From: a virus
Lineage: Duplodnaviria; Caudoviricetes
IMG/VR virus record: IMGVR_UViG_3300013767_000179
Location: 1 to 36,624 of that record
DNA length: 36,624 nucleotides
Reading direction: 5' to 3' (one strand)
Below are positions 34,586 through 36,624 of the stretch, in pieces. Every line of letters begins with the position of its first letter. The first letter of the stretch is position 1. The translations under genes were made by a program, and so were the position numbers. The notes under the pieces were generated by a model. That model was not told the origin of the DNA, searched no databases, and saw only the letters and a program-made list of their open reading frames with translations.

Positions 34586-35245
34586 ATGGCCTGGCCGATC
34601 ACCCCGCTGACGACGTACTTGCCCGGCTCGACGCCGCCGATCAAAGCCAGCGACCTCAACGCAATTCAAAGCGCGATCGTTCGCGCGTTCCTCGGCACGT
34701 ACAGCTTCGCCGGACTGGTCCTCGACGGCGCCGGCGGCAACGACGCCGTGCCGCCGGCGGGTGGGCTTTCAGCCAAAGGCAACGCGATCATCGGCGGTGC
34801 CGTTCAATGCGCGTCGCTGAATTCGGGCGGCGACGTCTCAGCCGGCGGCAAGGTGAGCGTCGGCGCCAAGGCGCTCTCGACTGCGCTGCCGACTCCGGCG
34901 ATCCAGAAGGGCTCGCTCTACGCCGACGCCTGCCCGATCGCGCTCGCCTCCATCGGCGGCAACGGCGTCCTGCACGTCGGCTTCGGCATCCAGGCGATCA
35001 AGTGGTACGGCACGCCGGGAGGTGCGCCGCCGAACGGAACGTACGACATCACGCTGCAGCTTGCGACTGGCGGCAACTACCAGACGCTGATCCCGCTGGC
35101 GTGCGGCGCCAACACCGGCAACGGCGTGTTCGCGCAAGCGAGCGGCATTTCCAACAACGTCGTCCGCGTCCAGACCTACGAGAGCTCGTTCTCGACCACC
35201 GCAACCTTCCCGATGGATTTTTTCCTGATCGTCTTCGCGCTTTGA
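34586..35245 (+). CDS. Putative short tail fibre/receptor-binding protein
   Basis: IKASDLNAIQSAI N-terminal anchor motif, Gly-rich beta repeats, position after gp48; GGGGAG RBS. Confidence 0.65.
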   Translation: MAWPITPLTTYLPGSTPPIKASDLNAIQSAIVRAFLGTYSFAGLVLDGAGGNDAVPPAGGLSAKGNAIIGGAVQCASLNSGGDVSAGGKVSVGAKALSTALPTPAIQKGSLYADACPIALASIGGNGVLHVGFGIQAIKWYGTPGGAPPNGTYDITLQLATGGNYQTLIPLACGANTGNGVFAQASGISNNVVRVQTYESSFSTTATFPMDFFLIVFAL

Positions 35246-35256
35246 CAGGAGCCCAC

Positions 35257-36348
35257 ATGGAACGTCCTCATCATCTTCAGCCGACGCTGAAGTCGGCGCG
35301 CATTGCGCTCGTCTACAAGGCACCGAGGCACACAGGCTATTCTCCAGCGGGCCTCGGGATCGTCGCGACCCAGACGGCGAAGGCGCTTTGCGCCACCGGA
35401 ATCTGGGCCGAGGCGTGGGGCTGCAACTCCGGCGAAGCCCTTCTCGAGCGGCTACGCCAGGTCGATCGCGACGCGCTCAGGCGAGGCGAAGTCGGGCTCA
35501 CCCACGTCGTCCTCTATGCGCCCTGGGTCCCGACGGAGTTGCTGGCGGCAATTGCCGACGAGTTTCCGAAGATCCTATTCGTCGTCACCTGCCACTCGGG
35601 CTGGGGTTTCCTCGCCGCCGATCCGCACGCGGTCAAGCTGCTGCGCGAGACGGCCGACCTCCAGATGACGACCGGCAACGTGCGCGCCGGCGGCAACTGC
35701 CGTCGGTTCACCGACGCTGCCACCGAAGTGCTTGGCGTTCGCGTCGAGTGGCTGCCGAATCTCATCCCGCTCGACGAGCACTGGCCGCGCCCTCGGAGCG
35801 CGTGGGCCGGCGACTGTCTGCGACTCGGCCTGTTCGGCGCCGCGCGGATCTTGAAGAACGGCCTCACCGCCGCGGCGGCGGCGTGCGAGCTGGCGCACCG
35901 ACTCCGCGTTCCGACGGAGCTGCACGTCACCGCGATCGAAGACGAAGGCGGCACGATGCGCGCCATCGAGGAGCTGTGCGACGGCGTGCCGCATCTGAAG
36001 CTCGTTCGCACGGGCTGGTTGCCGTGGCCGCGCGTCCTTCGCCTCGCAGAGCACATGCACCTCGTGCTGCAGCCGTCATTCACGGAGAGCTTCAACTGCG
36101 TGGCGGCCGAGGCGGTGCGGATGGGCGTGCCGGTGGTTGGCTCGGAGGCGATCGACTGGCTGCCCGCGCGCTGGCAGGCGAGCACCGACAACGCCCAAGA
36201 CGTCGCGCGCGTCGCCGAGTACCTCATCAAGAGCCCGCACGCCGTCGACGATGGCCGAGCGGCGCTGGCGCGCTACGTAGCAGCGGGACTCGAGCGCTGG
36301 AAGGACTTCGTCGGCCCGCATGCGCGCGCGGACGAACGCGCGCCATGA
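35257..36348 (+). CDS. Glycosyltransferase, GT-B fold (GT4-like)
   Basis: LQPSFTESFNCVAAEAVRMGVPVVGS (E-x7-E motif), ARILKNG; CAGGAG RBS. Confidence 0.85.
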   Translation: MERPHHLQPTLKSARIALVYKAPRHTGYSPAGLGIVATQTAKALCATGIWAEAWGCNSGEALLERLRQVDRDALRRGEVGLTHVVLYAPWVPTELLAAIADEFPKILFVVTCHSGWGFLAADPHAVKLLRETADLQMTTGNVRAGGNCRRFTDAATEVLGVRVEWLPNLIPLDEHWPRPRSAWAGDCLRLGLFGAARILKNGLTAAAAACELAHRLRVPTELHVTAIEDEGGTMRAIEELCDGVPHLKLVRTGWLPWPRVLRLAEHMHLVLQPSFTESFNCVAAEAVRMGVPVVGSEAIDWLPARWQASTDNAQDVARVAEYLIKSPHAVDDGRAALARYVAAGLERWKDFVGPHARADERAP

Positions 36349-36624
36349 GCGACGCAATCCGAGTGGGCGCGAACACGCTCGTCGATGTCGATGCCGTTGC
36401 TGTCGTGCTCGGGATCGATCGCGGGACGATCTATCGCTGGGCCCGCGCGGGCCGCATCCCGTGCATTCACGCCGGGCGCAAGCTCAGGTTCGAGCTCATT
36501 CCAGTGATCGAAGCGTTGCGGGTCGGCGGCCACGGCGTCCCATCGCGCACCACTTCGCGGGCTCCGCGCCGGCCGCCACAGCAGCGCGCCGAGCGAGCCC
36601 GCGCGCGCGTCGTTGCGCCAGGTG
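36345..36624 (+). CDS. Excisionase-like HTH_17 protein (partial, runs off window; not in ORF track)
   Basis: Manual translation MSDAIRVGANTLVDVDAVAVVLGIDRGTIYRWARAGRIPCIHAGRKLRF; ATGA overlap. Confidence 0.75.
   Translation, partial: MSDAIRVGANTLVDVDAVAVVLGIDRGTIYRWARAGRIPCIHAGRKLRFELIPVIEALRVGGHGVPSRTTSRAPRRPPQQRAERARARVVAPG

Larger units (their letters stand above)
1..36624 (+). mobile_element. Prophage/phage genome segment, myovirus with Mu-like morphogenesis genes (boundaries outside window)
   Basis: Co-oriented replication, terminase, portal, protease, capsid, sheath, tube, tape measure and baseplate genes in canonical order with many ATGA/GTGA overlaps. Confidence 0.95.

Noticed and set aside
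22432-35245. Tailocin, eCIS or T6SS interpretation of the contractile tail genes
   Set aside because: Terminase, portal, protease, capsid and replication genes are present in the same unit
1-36624. CRISPR array, tRNA, rRNA, reverse transcriptase or DGR repeats
   Set aside because: No spaced repeats, cloverleaf, RT motif or duplicated fibre segment found by eye; subtle ncRNAs cannot be excluded

Overview
High-GC, almost entirely + strand prophage segment; neither end of the prophage is visible. Left part (1-6.2 kb): replication and regulation genes (DUF669 SSB-like, two ParB-like proteins, CHC2/TOPRIM primase, AAA_25 helicase, candidate origin, sigma-70 region 4 HTH, RusA, Zn-finger/HTH). Then a candidate packaging or late-control intergenic region, a ParB-fused DNA methyltransferase, terminase, and a near-complete Mu-like head and contractile tail operon (DUF935 portal, protease with nested scaffold, capsid, gp36/G/37/38, sheath, tube, frameshifting chaperone, tape measure, gpN, gp44-48, short fibre). 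It ends with a glycosyltransferase and an excisionase-like HTH. The structural operon is interrupted by five accessory inserts: a wHTH protein, DUF3800, a DUF5678-like plus aspartic protease pair, an MNT-like plus HEPN pair, and a three-ORF unit plus a Cys-rich lipoprotein. Most carry candidate leaderless promoters. The most striking observation is that the MNT-like/HEPN cassette is bounded by a 9-bp direct repeat whose collapse restores a longer, translationally coupled gp37-like gene. A Myxococcota host is inferred from GC content and remembered protein families. All family calls come from motif recognition by eye; no searches were run.
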